Assembly (NCBI GenBank): GCA_964057225.1
Contig: OZ059896.1
Location: 17,174,001-17,238,000 of the forward strand
Source of the DNA: Auanema rhodensis
Taxonomy: Eukaryota > Animalia > Nematoda
Direction of reading: 5' to 3'
Length of the DNA stretch: 64,000 nt
Below the pieces are notes generated by a model that ran no database searches, was not told where the DNA came from, and saw nothing but the letters and a program-made list of their open reading frames with translations. The translations under genes were made by a program, and so were the position numbers. This document shows positions 27,865 to 44,297 of this stretch, piece by piece. How positions within the stretch are numbered: position 1 is the first letter of the stretch; each line of letters begins with the position of its first letter.

Positions 27865-30800
27865 ATCCAATCTGTAAATTAGTAGATGAAATTAGTAAAA
27901 TGACAACAAACTGAATGACAAATAACACAACGTAATGAGGAAAAAAGTTTTTATTCTCCATTCAATGATGTATAAATTTTATTTTTTTTTCGAATGATAT
28001 ACATAGATGTAGATATGTATTATGTGTACTGAATATTTGAAGAGGATATTTTGAAGAATATGATGAGATTTTGAGGGTAGGACAACGATAAAGAATATGA
28101 GCTTAGTTATGATTTAAGATTAAGTAGAAGAAGAAGAAGAAGAAGAAAAAATATTTAAGCATACACAATTCTTATTTCTGTTTTGGAACATACAAGTTAT
28201 AATATATATATATTCATATAGTAAATATGCAACCGTTCAGTGTCTGCTATTCAAGTCAGTATAGCACGTTCACTTGCTGCGGTCTACGTGAACCTGTTTT
28301 TCGAGGTGTTATGCTAATGAGATGAGAGGAAAAAAACGTTTTTTTTTGTGAATACAAATCATCTAAATATATAATTTAATTGAAGTTCGAAATTTTGTTG
28401 CAAAAAAAAGAAGAATCTGGAAAAATAATTTGTAAAAACGAAATTTGTGAAGTAGATGAGATAAAGCTCAAGCTCAAAAAAAGAAGAAACAAGGAAAGAA
28501 CTCTCTCTCTCTCTCTATCGAAGGAAGTAAAATAGATATGTGAATGTATACAAAGATAAAATCTATATATTTTTGTTGGAAAATAACAAAGACGAAAGAT
28601 GAACAAGGTCTGTATGTCAGAAAATTTTAATGAAAAACGAGAAAAACATGATATAGTTTCAGTGAAAGAGTACATGATAGTAGTAATGTAGATGACCCAT
28701 GATAATGATGATGATGAAGCATAACATTAGTGTGGAACATCTACTATGAATGTCAAATGAAAAATATTTTATTGTAATAAACATGGGAACAACTGAGACA
28801 AAAAATCTTAAAATTAAAGTTTTTAACATGATTTCGATCCTCATTTTTTAAATCGAAACATTTATTATGTTTTTCTTTCCAAAAAAATTATATAATATAT
28901 ATATATATATATATAATATACGAAAACCATTAACCAGAAGTAAGTTATCAGTCAGTCATGCAGAAAATTGAAGTATTTGACAATCTTATAAACATTGTCA
29001 TACAACTTAAATGATGCTTCTTCATTTTTTAAAATGCTGGATCTGATCTTATATTATATCAAATTGGATAATGTGACTCGAGTATTGAATACAACAATAG
29101 ATCCGAAAAAAATTGATATGTTATGAAGAAGGTAAGTAATTATGAATATAATAAAATATTCTTAACATACTCAGAAATATATATTTGAAGAATATATAAT
29201 AAATATTAAAAAAAGTTTAAAATGAATGAGTTGAGTAGGTTGAAATGCTAACAGTCAACTATAAAATTTTTGAATAAATCAGTTGATTTGCTTTTTCAAA
29301 TATAAGTTTTTCTTGCAGAGATTGGCACAACAAAAATTATTTCATTTAGATATATGGTGATATCTCTTCATGATCATAAATCTTATAAAGATCTAATAAA
29401 GACAAGAAAAAATGAAAAAAAAAGAAAACTAGAATAGATGGGTGAGAATTAATTCATTACAAACGAAAAAAAAACAAAATAAAGGTGGAAAAATAGTCTG
29501 ATTCTCTAATATTATCACATTCTTTCAGTCATTTCAAGCTCATAAACCAAACGCAGAAACAAGATCAGAGTAAAAAAAAAAGAAAGAAAGAAGGGGGTGG
29601 AGGAGAGAAAGGAAACATACAACAAACATAGACACATGCACACACTTGTCCATACATATGTATGTACAAGCTTCGAACATATGAACGTTACTACATCAAG
29701 AAAAAAAAATGTTGATCCGAATGATACTTTTACGTATTTGTGATTATTTTAATAAAAATAGATATAAAATACATAAAAAATTCTATTTAATTAGTTAAAA
29801 CTTTTTTTTTCGCATTGTCTATCGTCATTTCTGACAATGATCAGAATTAGAGAGCAGCAGCTGCTATTCTAAAAATGGCATATAAGAGACAAAATGATTC
29901 AGATAGATAGAGAGGTAAGTAGAAAGAGAGAGAGAGGTAAGTATGGAGAGGGAGAGAGAGAGAGAGAAGTATGACACTTGTTGCTCATTGCACGGCCTGC
30001 TGCTACTTAAAGCTCGATCCGGAAAATGCCATATTAGTACAATGTGCATACAATTTCTAAACTTGATAAACTTTTAAAGACGATAAATGCTACTATTTGC
30101 CTTTTTCTTTTGGTCATTTTTTTTCATTTTAATATCTTTATATATATGCACATATATATGTCTTTATATAATAATAGTATCATATAACTAAGCATAATAC
30201 TATATATACATATGTATATCCGAGCATGAGATTGTCTCATAGTAGGATCAGTTATAGGAACAGTGTTGGATGAAAAGTTTGATCGGATTTGGTTGTGATT
30301 AATATACGATAAAAACTATTTTTTTCTGTCAATGATCGAGAAAAAATTTAAAAATACCGTAATTTACATCCAGATTTATGTGAATTACATTGAACTGAAG
30401 ATATAGAGAAACAACAATACAAGGTTACTTCTTTAGATACAATGAAATAACATTGTTTCGAAAATGACGGAACATTTAAACAGATAATTAGGACAAAAAT
30501 ACATCAATGAGATGGATATATATTGGTAAAAATATTGAATAACACAAAATATCCGATATTTCTTCTGATTTTTAAAACTGAAATTGAACAAAAAAGAAAG
30601 ACAAAACATGAACATTTGATAATTTGTGTTGGAGGATACTTGAAAAGAAGCAAGCGATTTATGTGAAATTTGCTAGTATCTTCAATAAGCAGGGAAGTTG
30701 GAAGACAATATTATTTGATTATTATTTTATTCATTTTTGAAAGTACATAATTAAAAATATATATATATATATATAGACTAGACAAAATAATATTTATATT

Positions 30801-31137
30801 ACTTTTATTTTGTAGCAAAATGAAAGAATAAAAGAAAAAAGAAAAGAAGATAAAAAGTGAATAATCGAAAAGGAGAACAAAAATGCCTGGAGTAATAGAT
30901 AAAGAGGATTTTCGAGCTCTTCTCTCCTCTCGTTATCTAAGAATATAAAATTAGGTTAGGCACTAGTAAAGAAACATGACAGGAAACGTTAGAAAAGGAA
31001 GACAATTTGTGGGAAGCGTTAATTTGTAAAAAATTGTTTATTATCACGATATGTGTGCAGAAAGCTATTCTAAAAATATCAAACAAAATCTGAACAATGA
31101 ATAGTGAAATATAGATGGATTGTAAGAGAAACAAAGA

Positions 31138-31210
31138 GTAAGAGAGAGAGAAATAGAGATAGAGATAGAGAGAGAAAGAGAGAGAGAGAAATAGAGAAAG
31201 AGAGAAAGAG
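31138..31210. repeat. GA-rich imperfect microsatellite
   Basis: Degenerate GA/GATA runs. Confidence 0.8.
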
Positions 31211-32270
31211 GTTTAAATTTTTTTTTTATATTTTATATAGAAAAAATTTTTTTTCTCAACTTTTAGTGATCAAAATGATGTAATTGTATGCATTATATAT
31301 TGTTGCATAAAATTATTCATTTATAGGTTTACGTTCAATTAGATAAATGTACATGTACGTATAAAATAACAAGGAACTTTTTGCTCTACATTCCACATAT
31401 TATATCTACATACGTACATACATACATATACTTATGAACTTATATATTTTTTCAAGTTAAAGAGCAGCTTTAAGTACTAGAAAATTATTATTTAACTTTC
31501 GTTATTTAGAATGTGAATGTGTTTGGGAGCGTGTTGTGTGCCAGTGTATAGGGTGAATTTGAAAAAAAAATATTAAAGCTATTACATTGACGTGTCATGA
31601 ACGTTTTATATATAAAACGCATAATGTTCCAAGTTTGAGTATATTTAAGCACGTTTTCTTAAGATTTGAAGTGCCAAGAGAGGACGATTAAACATGTGGA
31701 AGAGAACAAACGAAAAATTTTTTTTTTTAATCATTTTTTTGTGTGGAAAGCTGAATAATAACAACTTTTTTCATTAGCTAGCCCAGTTTACTTAATTTCA
31801 TCTAAGCATGTATATGAGTAAGCATCTGGAAATTAGGTTTCAAAGACAAAAAAGAAAGTTTCTTTTCGAGAAAACTTCGTGGTTGCTGCTAGAGGCTTCT
31901 GCTGTTAATAACAAAGAAATAAGAAAATACCAGATAGAAGAACAACCGTTTGTTTGGCTTTTTTCATAAACTAAATGAAATAATTTAATAATTGGATAAT
32001 ATGCTAATTTGTTCACGTATATATCTTAATTAATTGACATTTAATGATATGAAATGTACATTTTAAGGGCATTTAGTGAATATCATGAATCTTAATTATA
32101 ATTATAATTGTCTATATATTATAAATATAATATATAAATTCAAATAATACAATAACATTAAAATAGATCAATTTATGTATATGAAGAGTAATTATAACAT
32201 TGAAATTAATGAATGTTTAAAATCGGTTGAACCTTTGTATATTGTATAATATATATAATTCATAAAACAT

Positions 32271-32272
<2 letters not shown>

Positions 32273-32330
<58 letters not shown>

Positions 32331-32340
32331 AAGGGAGAGA
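32273..32340. repeat. (GA)n microsatellite
   Basis: About 45-nt perfect GA run plus a degenerate tail. Confidence 0.95.
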
Positions 32341-33252
32341 ATCCAAAAAAATATGTGACAAAGAATCGTGTCTAAAGTCAAGCAGTTTCAAAAATGAAAA
32401 AGGATGAACGACTACTTTCAAATAAATAAGCATTATAAAGAAAAGAGAGAACGGCGCTGAATGAAGGGTGGTAGCACGAAGTAGTGAGAATGAACCCATG
32501 AAGCTGAGCAGCACCTAAGGTTGCTTGGTTTAATCTAAAAAGAGAGCAAAAAAAGGCTACGCTGTTATTATGATTCTAAAATGAATCGAAATAGCAATTA
32601 TCTATGACATTTATAAGGAAATATGCTCTTTTTTCCATTTTCTTTTCAGCTTATATACTTCCTTAGATAAAAGCTTCCAAAAAAGTGGGAAAAGAAACTA
32701 GAATAAGGAAATGTAGAGAAGTTGAAGTATTTAATAATCAAAGTTCAATAGGACACTGGTGGCAACTTTGACTGCATGTTTAATTATAAAAATAATTATG
32801 AAATATTGGGGTAAATCTCTATTAACTATATTACTGGGCATTTTTCCCACTTTCAAGTTCTATCTGAAAACAGAAGTGGAAGTGGAACATGAAGAAATGC
32901 TCAAAATGACACAAGATTGACATGATAAAATGGACGAATCAAAGCGTTGAAGCTTAGCTGACGGCACTACATGAAGCTTAGTTGAATACGGGACGGAGAG
33001 GAAAAGACAATTTTTTGAAATCAAAAGTCAGAAAGCAGTGCTTAGAAAAACGAAATAAGCAAGTAGAAAAGAAAAGAAACAAGCAACCGTGAAGATCACG
33101 AAAACGGGAAGACACTAGCAAAGTCTGACAGCCATAGGGTAAAATCGGATTCGGAAATTGGCACGAGCATAAAGATGTGGTGAGTCGTTCTCTTTCTCGT
33201 TCACTATTCGTTCATCCGTCCTTCGGTCCGTTTTCCTTCAACGTTTTGCTTG

Positions 33253-33255
<3 letters not shown>

Positions 33256-33293
<38 letters not shown>

Positions 33294-33362
33294 CTATCTA
33301 CCTCCTCTCTCTCTATCTATGTATTCATCGATCTTTTACTTCCCTCTCTCTCTCTCTCTCTC
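33256..33362. repeat. (CT)n microsatellite cluster
   Basis: Perfect CT runs at about 33256-33288 and 33343-33362. Confidence 0.9.
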
Positions 33363-34318
33363 TTCATTTCCTTAACTCATTGATTCTCTCCTCATCTCTT
33401 CATTTCTCGTAACCTTTCTTGATCTCTTCTCTCATCACGATGCTTCGTCGTGTGCATTCTTTAGAACTTTTCCAGCAATTTGCTGTCAGCATACTCGTTG
33501 TCATCATCATCTTCGGTTGTCGATCTATTCTATACTCATTCGCTTGATCATCACCCTCTATCTGAATTACTATCAAAACCGGGGGGTAGTTGTCAGTATA
33601 ACTTCTAATATCTCATTCCATACTAACATATGTTGGCCCTTCTTCAAACGAGCTTCATTCAGAGTGATAGAATTGCAGAAAAATGAGAAATAGTCAGTAA
33701 AACTGAGATAAAGGAAGGAACGAAGACGACATAAAAGCCGACAGATCAAAAAGGAAGAGTATTAGTAAAGTATAGTAAGAAATATAAAAATGGGAGTGAA
33801 TATTGGGTAAAGATATATATATATATATATATATATTTTTCCTCTTCAACATCTGAATTGGTTTTGATTTACAAGATTTCAAATTTGTCATCTAATAACT
33901 ATATGTATTTGTGAAGTATATCAATACATATCATAAATGAGCATTCAAATTACTCGAAAAGCCGACAACAATCTGAGTAAGCCACTAACATACATGCATG
34001 TTCATGTTATTCAACTTCTTATTGTCTGTATATCCAATCGAAAAAACTTGCTTTAAATGTATAAAAACATGAAAATTTCCTTATTTGTGTGGATTTTGAA
34101 TCATCTTATATATATAATCTATAACATGATAAAAATCACTTATATTCACCAATCTTGTTAGAAACTCTACAAACCCTCTCCAAGTTAAATACAAAATGCA
34201 AGAATGCTTCCTACATTTACCAACTTTTACGCAATTTAATATAGGAACATGCATACAACATCCATAATCCAAATTCAAAACGGTTTTAGTATGAAAAGGT
34301 GAAAAAGAAGAAAGACAT

Positions 34319-34320
<2 letters not shown>

Positions 34321-34355
<35 letters not shown>

Positions 34356-34376
34356 CGGTGCTGATGATGATGATGA
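34321..34376. repeat. (GAT)n trinucleotide repeat
   Basis: (GAT)11 at 34321-34353 plus a shorter run. Confidence 0.9.
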
Positions 34377-37344
34377 GAAGAGAGTTGTTTTTCAAACTTC
34401 TTTTCTTGAAAATATACGTGTAGTATTCAGTTAAAAAGCTATTCATCATCAATATACTCAATCATTCGACCCTCATATTCTAATATACTCATTCAATATC
34501 TGAGCATCATTCACTCATTTTTCTTATAAATTGAATAAGAATTGACTGATAATTGACTGAAAATAATTTCTAATTTGTCACTAATCACTATATCATATAG
34601 TAAATTGATTTATTAAGCTTCCAAATTAAGTTATAGTCAATTTGGTTGTTAACTTTTCGTATTTCATTACTATAAAATGCAAATTTAACCGAACAAATTC
34701 ACAGCTAATTCGAAGAAAATCACTTCAAAAACCTATTAGTGAAGTAATTAATCAAAGCATATGAAGCGTTACAAAGTTAAATAATCATAATTATATCAAT
34801 AAAATATCAAGTACATGTATATATATAGTTATTTGATACCGAAGTAGATACAAAGCTCATGATGATGAAGAGAAGACAACGAAGTAAAAGGATAAAGCTT
34901 CATCGCCATGCAGATGTAACAACACGCATGGATTGATGATTTGAAATTCAACGAAAAAAAAATTTTTTTTTCTTGTTTCCAATTAATCATTTTTACTACA
35001 ATAACATACTTTTATGTTCTTAAAAGTTGGAACATTGTTAACAAGAAAATTTGATTGAATATGAAAGCCATAAATTGTGAGAATAGCCAACAAAGACACG
35101 ATGAATGAAGAATGAAATAGCATTAGCCTGTTTACTATATCTTTTTTTTTTTTCTTAAACAACTTTTTTTTCTCCGACATTCACTTTAAAAGCCATGCTA
35201 ATTTTCTTGAATTTTGTTAGATGAGATGTTGAAAATGATAAAAGCTATTAGACTCTTGAGAAAAAAAAAATAAAAAATAAAAGAAAACTTTTCAATTGTT
35301 TTATTAAAAACTAAAATACGTTTTACATAACATGCGAAATAACGTTTTGTTGGTGCATTCATCCTCCCTCCTTCCTTCTCTCTCTCTCTTTCTCTTCTTC
35401 CCTCTTTCTCCTTCTACCATTGTTTTTCTCTATTTTCATCCTTTACCCTTTTCCTCCATTCTCTCTCTTTCTCTTATTTCTTTAATCTCATCTTTCTCTG
35501 TATTTTGTCTGAGTCTCTTCATTTTTATCCTTTTTCCGAATAGCTAAAGTACTAGTTTAACTCAAAGGCAATTTTCAAGAGCAGCAGGCAATCCAATGAG
35601 TTAATATGATTTAAGTCGTCTTTTCTCTCACTTTCAGCTTTTCCCTCACTTTCTCATCGTCCTCTCCATCTCTTTCATGCACGTAAGCCTTAGAGTTGTG
35701 ACTCTCTTCTCACACTTTTCACATATTTCTGTCTCATCATGATAATTCAACAACATCTTAAACATATAGGAAAAGGAGAAAAAATTTTTTAACAAAGTTC
35801 CAAACTTTGTAAAATCGTTTCAAACAGAATGCTAAAACCAGTAGTAATTTCAAAAATTTTTGCAAAGGGGGAGGGAGGGGGTAAATGAGAAAAAACAACA
35901 ACAAGTTCATGTAAATATATTTTAATAAATATCTTATTTATAGTTTTATATGATATATGAAACAAACAGTTTCCTGTTTTTGTTTCATTTAACTAGAATA
36001 AGCTATCTAGGAAAAAATAGATAAATTAAGTATATAAATAGTAATTATAATCAAACTGTATATGTATATTCAAAACATGAATCAATATTTTTGCTTATTT
36101 TAAGTAACAAAACTCTTATAGTTACCAAAACTTAACTATGTATGAATATGAAGCAAAAGAGAGAGAGAGAAAACGAAAGAGTGAGCGAGAGAGAGAAAGT
36201 GAGAAAGAGAGAAAAGAATAAGTTAAAAGAAGAAATAGAAATAGAAGAAGAAAAAGAGGAATATTTTAAAGACGAAGAGTTCATTGCATCAAATTTAGTT
36301 TCTCATCTACGATCAAAAAATAAAAAGTCAAAGTCTTAACTAACCTGAACGTATTGTTTATGGGCACTACAGTTTGAGGAGTACCTGGCGAAAATGGCTC
36401 AGTTTTTGCTGGAAGTTTATTGTCCAAACATCCAGATAAAACAGTTGATGGAGAAGAATCAAACTGACATACATCAATAACGGCTATAGTATAGATAGAT
36501 TTTGATGTTGGAACGTTATGATGTACAGTTAGATCCAGCTTTGATTTTCAAAAGAAAACTTTCAATAACGTATGAGGAATACGCTGCAAAATAAAATAAA
36601 TTAAAAGAGGGTAATTGCCTTGTTAGTGAATAGTCATAAAATAGAAAATTTAGAAATCAATAAGAGGGCGTAAGATCAACTTAATAAACTATTATTTTTT
36701 AATTCTCAGAGCAAGAGTTATAGACAGAAAAAAAAGAGCAATATAAATATTAGATATGATAATATATTTGAATTTAAATCGAATTTGTTACGAATTTCGT
36801 CTAATATTCAAAGACAAGCATAGAAAGAAATCTCAAATCGTTTTCTGCCATATGATAAAACAGAATATTTGTTTTTTTCATCTTTTCAAAAGATGTGAGA
36901 GTTATACCCTCAAACAGATGTATACAAATCAAGATCTATACTTCGAAGATCAACATCTAACAGTTTTCAGAACATTTACTGAACAGAAAGAGAAAAAGAG
37001 AGAGAGACTGAATGAATGAAAGAAAACGTTGAACGAATAATTTTGTTAAAACTGTTTAAAACTATTATTTTTCCTATTTTTGTTTCTACTATATGTTGAA
37101 TTACTTTCAAAATAAAAGAGCTGTTGTTGATATACATATATGAATGTTATTAGATCTTGAAATACTGTTTTATTCTCTATTTTTTTTGCAACTTCAATCA
37201 GATATGTATTAAAATATATTTATAATAATTTATTTTGTTTTTAAACATTTTTTCAAAAAATTAATTGATAGCAATACTTTAAAAAAATATTTTTTTCATG
37301 TTTTAATATACATATTATTATAGTTTTTTTTTGCTTATTTTAGC

Positions 37345-40300
37345 CTAATTTTTCTTTTCCTTTATCTCAATTTTAAATAAATTCTTCAAAAAACTAATCA
37401 AAACATATATAATGATAACTAAACTTAATATAACTAAAAGGAAAATATCTAAATTATAATATTGAACCAAGGACAGGTGTCTTCCTTTTGACCGGAAATC
37501 AGGAAAATCTTCCGGATGCTCGAAGAGATGAATATAGCGAATTACTTTTTCTTGGGGACTCATTGGTAAGAGCTTTATTTGACGCTGAATTCGTTGAGCA
37601 GATTGCTTGTAGCTGAAAAAAAAATTAATTTTTCATAATAAAAATAATATTTTGATAATAATTACCTTGGATTATTAATGATTTCCCTTAAAGCATGTTC
37701 AAACTTTTTTTCATCCGAAAAATCATGTTTATCAAGACGAATAGCTGAACATAAGGTTAATCATGTGTGTGAATTTTCGTTTTAAGACTTCTTACCATAT
37801 CCACGGCTTTCAGCCACATAAGCATTACGATGCTGATCTGCGAATAATGGAACCATTAGTACAGGAATGCCATTGAAAGCACTTTCTTGTAAACTTCCAG
37901 CACCTCCATGAGTAATGAAGAGAGTAAGACGAGAATCACCTAATAATAGCACATTTACGAATTTCAGTAAAGAATAAAGTTAGATGATGAAGTCATAAGT
38001 TCAATCCTATTACCAAGAATGTCATTCTGAGGCATCCAGGATGTTCTGATGATGTTTGGAGTATTTTCAAAAAGTTCCTTATCTAGATTTGGTTCATACT
38101 TCCAGATAAAGGTCGTATTTGGCATTCTGTGAATCAAATATTAAAAAAGAAGATAAACAAAGAATGAATGTATTACCTCTTAAAGACATTGATAATGCTT
38201 GTTTTCATTGCTAATGACATAGATGATGGAGGGAATATACTTCCAAGAGAGAATAGTACAGTATTAGGACGTAAATCCATGATATCACTCCATTCCTTCA
38301 AATTTAAAAATATTTTTGTTGAAATTGAAAACTAAAATATTATCCTACCTTGTTTAAAGGTTTACTCTTTTCCATTGATAAACCTCCAACATCGATAATA
38401 TGTTGAAGAGATGGACGAGGATAATCTAATACTGGTACGGTATTAACGAATATTAATGGAAGATCAGCAATCATATCCTAAAATTGATATCAACCAGTAA
38501 CATATTTGACAATTTTCTCTAATAAGCTTCATCCCCCTTCACATACCCAGAGTGGAGGAGCATCAGGCATATGCTTCTTCATGTATGCTGCTGTAGGACC
38601 AGAAAATATGTATGATGCTTGCATGCCTTCGTAAGTTTGTCCCAAGTTCTTAATTCGATTCCATAATGAAGTACTGTCTCCTGTTGTTGCAACGAAAGCT
38701 GTAAAATTGAAATGAAAGAGAGAAGGAAAGAATATTCTTTTCAAATCAAATGGTAAATAATAAATTTTTAAATAGTTATTTCTTTTATTTTAGATGATCT
38801 ATACAATACATCAAGGGAATATATGAAACATCTGCACATTTTAAATTCCCTTTCTTTCTTTTTTCATCAAAGATCTCTATTTCTGTCCCTTATGTTGTTG
38901 TTATTTTGTTGTAAAAATTGATCAAACGGTATTTTAAATATCTTCAAGTAGGCCAAATTATAATTAATATAGAAAAAGTTAATATAATCATAATAAACAT
39001 AATTAGACGTTGATCAGATTTTCAAATTTTATAAATATTTTTAGCAAAGCTGTATTCAAAAATGTTTTCATTGTTTCAGTTTTAAACTGAAATTGCCAAG
39101 CTATTCGTCATCAAAATAATCTATTTGAGAGAGACAGGGGCAGTTTTCGAAAAAAATTAAATTTCAAATACTCGTTGCATCAAAAATATCAGAACAAACT
39201 TATTGTTTGAAATCAGAAATAACAAATCATTTTTTCAAACTGTAATAACAAGATAGATCTCATTCCATCACTATACTTCATTACAGTGAAAAATTGATGA
39301 ATTTCTATGTTTTTTTTTAAAAAAATTTCAAAAAAAAATATTTGTTTAGCATGAGGATACGATTAATAGAATCAGAAAATGAGATTTCCCTTTTAGGGGA
39401 GTAAGAAGCAAAAGGTGATTAGTAATATCATTTCTTCCTTAAAAGAACTTTAACTTCGATTGACCTTAACTATAAATTACATTCTATTATCAAATAACTC
39501 TATCCATTTCTGAACTAAACTTAGTAAATGTCAAAACAACCAGTACTATGAAGGAAAAAACTATTTAAATCGTAAAAACTTGAACGAATAAGGCGTAAAA
39601 CTTACTTGGAATAAAGCTGGGTAATATGGGAACAGCCGTAGCATATGCTGTACCATCCATTAAAGTTGTTGAATGAGCACCAACGATTGTTTTTAATCCA
39701 ATTGTATAGAAAATAGCTATAATTATAGTAAAAAAATAAAAAATATGTAAATGGAAATGGAAATAAACTAACGAAATGCTGAATGATCAAATAATTCTGT
39801 AATTCCAATGTCAAAATTTTGTTGTCTTAAATCTTCTAACATAGTTTTATTTGACATAAGATCTGTAACGAAGATTCAAATGAAAACATAAATACTAACT
39901 GCAACTACCTGCGCAGAAAGCTTCCAATAAAGGTTTGAATGATTCAGCACCCTTAAACAGTTATTCTAAAAATTATTCAAAACAAAATATTTAAAACATA
40001 CATGCTTAAGTTGGAATGGGTTCCAAGTTTCTTCCCAAACAAGTTTAGAAACATCTTTTTCAAATTGTAAGAAATTCGTTTGTTCAAGAGTCTCCTTTTT
40101 CATTTCAATCGGATAGATCTTGGTTTTAACACATCCTGATCCACGAACCATCAAATTTTGAATTGGTTGAATAAGAGTCTGACAAGAAAAAATTAATTTT
40201 ATGATAAAAAAATGTACAAAAAATTGAAAACAGTGGTGCTTACCACATCATGACCAGCTTCTGTAAGCGTGTCAGCTAGTCTTCCCATGAATCGCATATG

Positions 40301-40402
40301 GCTATAAGCCAATTTCGGAGAAAAGACAGCAATTTTAAGAGCATTGATGCCAAATATACAGGCTAGTAAACAGCATCCAAACAGTAAAAGTTTTTTACCC
40401 AT
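37345..40402 (-). CDS. UDP-glucuronosyl/glucosyltransferase (ugt family)
   Basis: Signal peptide then LKIAVFSPKLAYSHMRFMGRLADTLTEAGHDV; UGT signature WMPQNDILGDSRLTLFITHGGAGSLQESAFNGIPVLMVPLFADQHRNA; C-terminal TM and KEKKN ER-retrieval tail; one ~0.9-kb intron. Confidence 0.95.
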
Positions 40403-41113
40403 ATCTAAGAATCAAAGAAATATTGAATAAATAATAGAATAGACAGAAATTTCATAAATTATCGTGGTTAATATACTGAACACGATTGAAGGTCACGAAG
40501 AGAAATGCATGTTTCTAGTTGTTTTGTAGTCAAAAGAAAAAGTCGTCTGATAGGCTATACATCAGAAATCCACTGAGAGAAATATACAATAGTACATTGA
40601 AATAGTTCCATATATCATTAAATATAATCAGAGATAGATTGTCATAGAATATACTTTTATCAACGTCTTCTCAAAGAAATATATAGAATACATAATGGTA
40701 AGTGATAAAACATCAGCAACAACTGTTAAAATGAACATTTCTACATACTATGAACTTTGTGTCTGACCAGATGATCAAATAACAAGTTCTTCTAGTCTAG
40801 TTCTTGTTTAATATGTTATGTTTACTAAGGTAATGGAGGTGATCTTATTCTTTTTATACTTCCGTGTGAATGGTGTGTTCTTGTGTGTTCAGTTATCGTT
40901 AATTTTGTGCTTTTGCTAAGCATTTTGAAGCTTCAAGTGTATAAGCTAGAGTTTAGTACATGATAACTACATGTTTGTTTTAGTTTTATTTAAGAAAAAC
41001 ATTATAATAATCAATAAAGAAACATTAGGTAATTGGCAATAATAACATCTAAGAAAGAGAAACAGCAAGATAAGCAAGGCACATGTGCTGATAATATGAG
41101 CTTGATGTGAATT

Positions 41114-44297
<3,184 letters not shown>

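Noticed and set aside
28250-28335. Hammerhead-ribozyme-like CTAATGA...GAAA next to the hairpin
   Set aside because: Core is CUAAUGA rather than CUGAUGA, and stems II and III cannot form.
20700-36340. Many 60-150 aa ORF-track entries (poly-SL, poly-I, ER-rich)
   Set aside because: Translations of GA/CT/GAT microsatellites and AT-rich DNA with no splice or motif support; only the 26628-26930 ORF is part of a supported gene.
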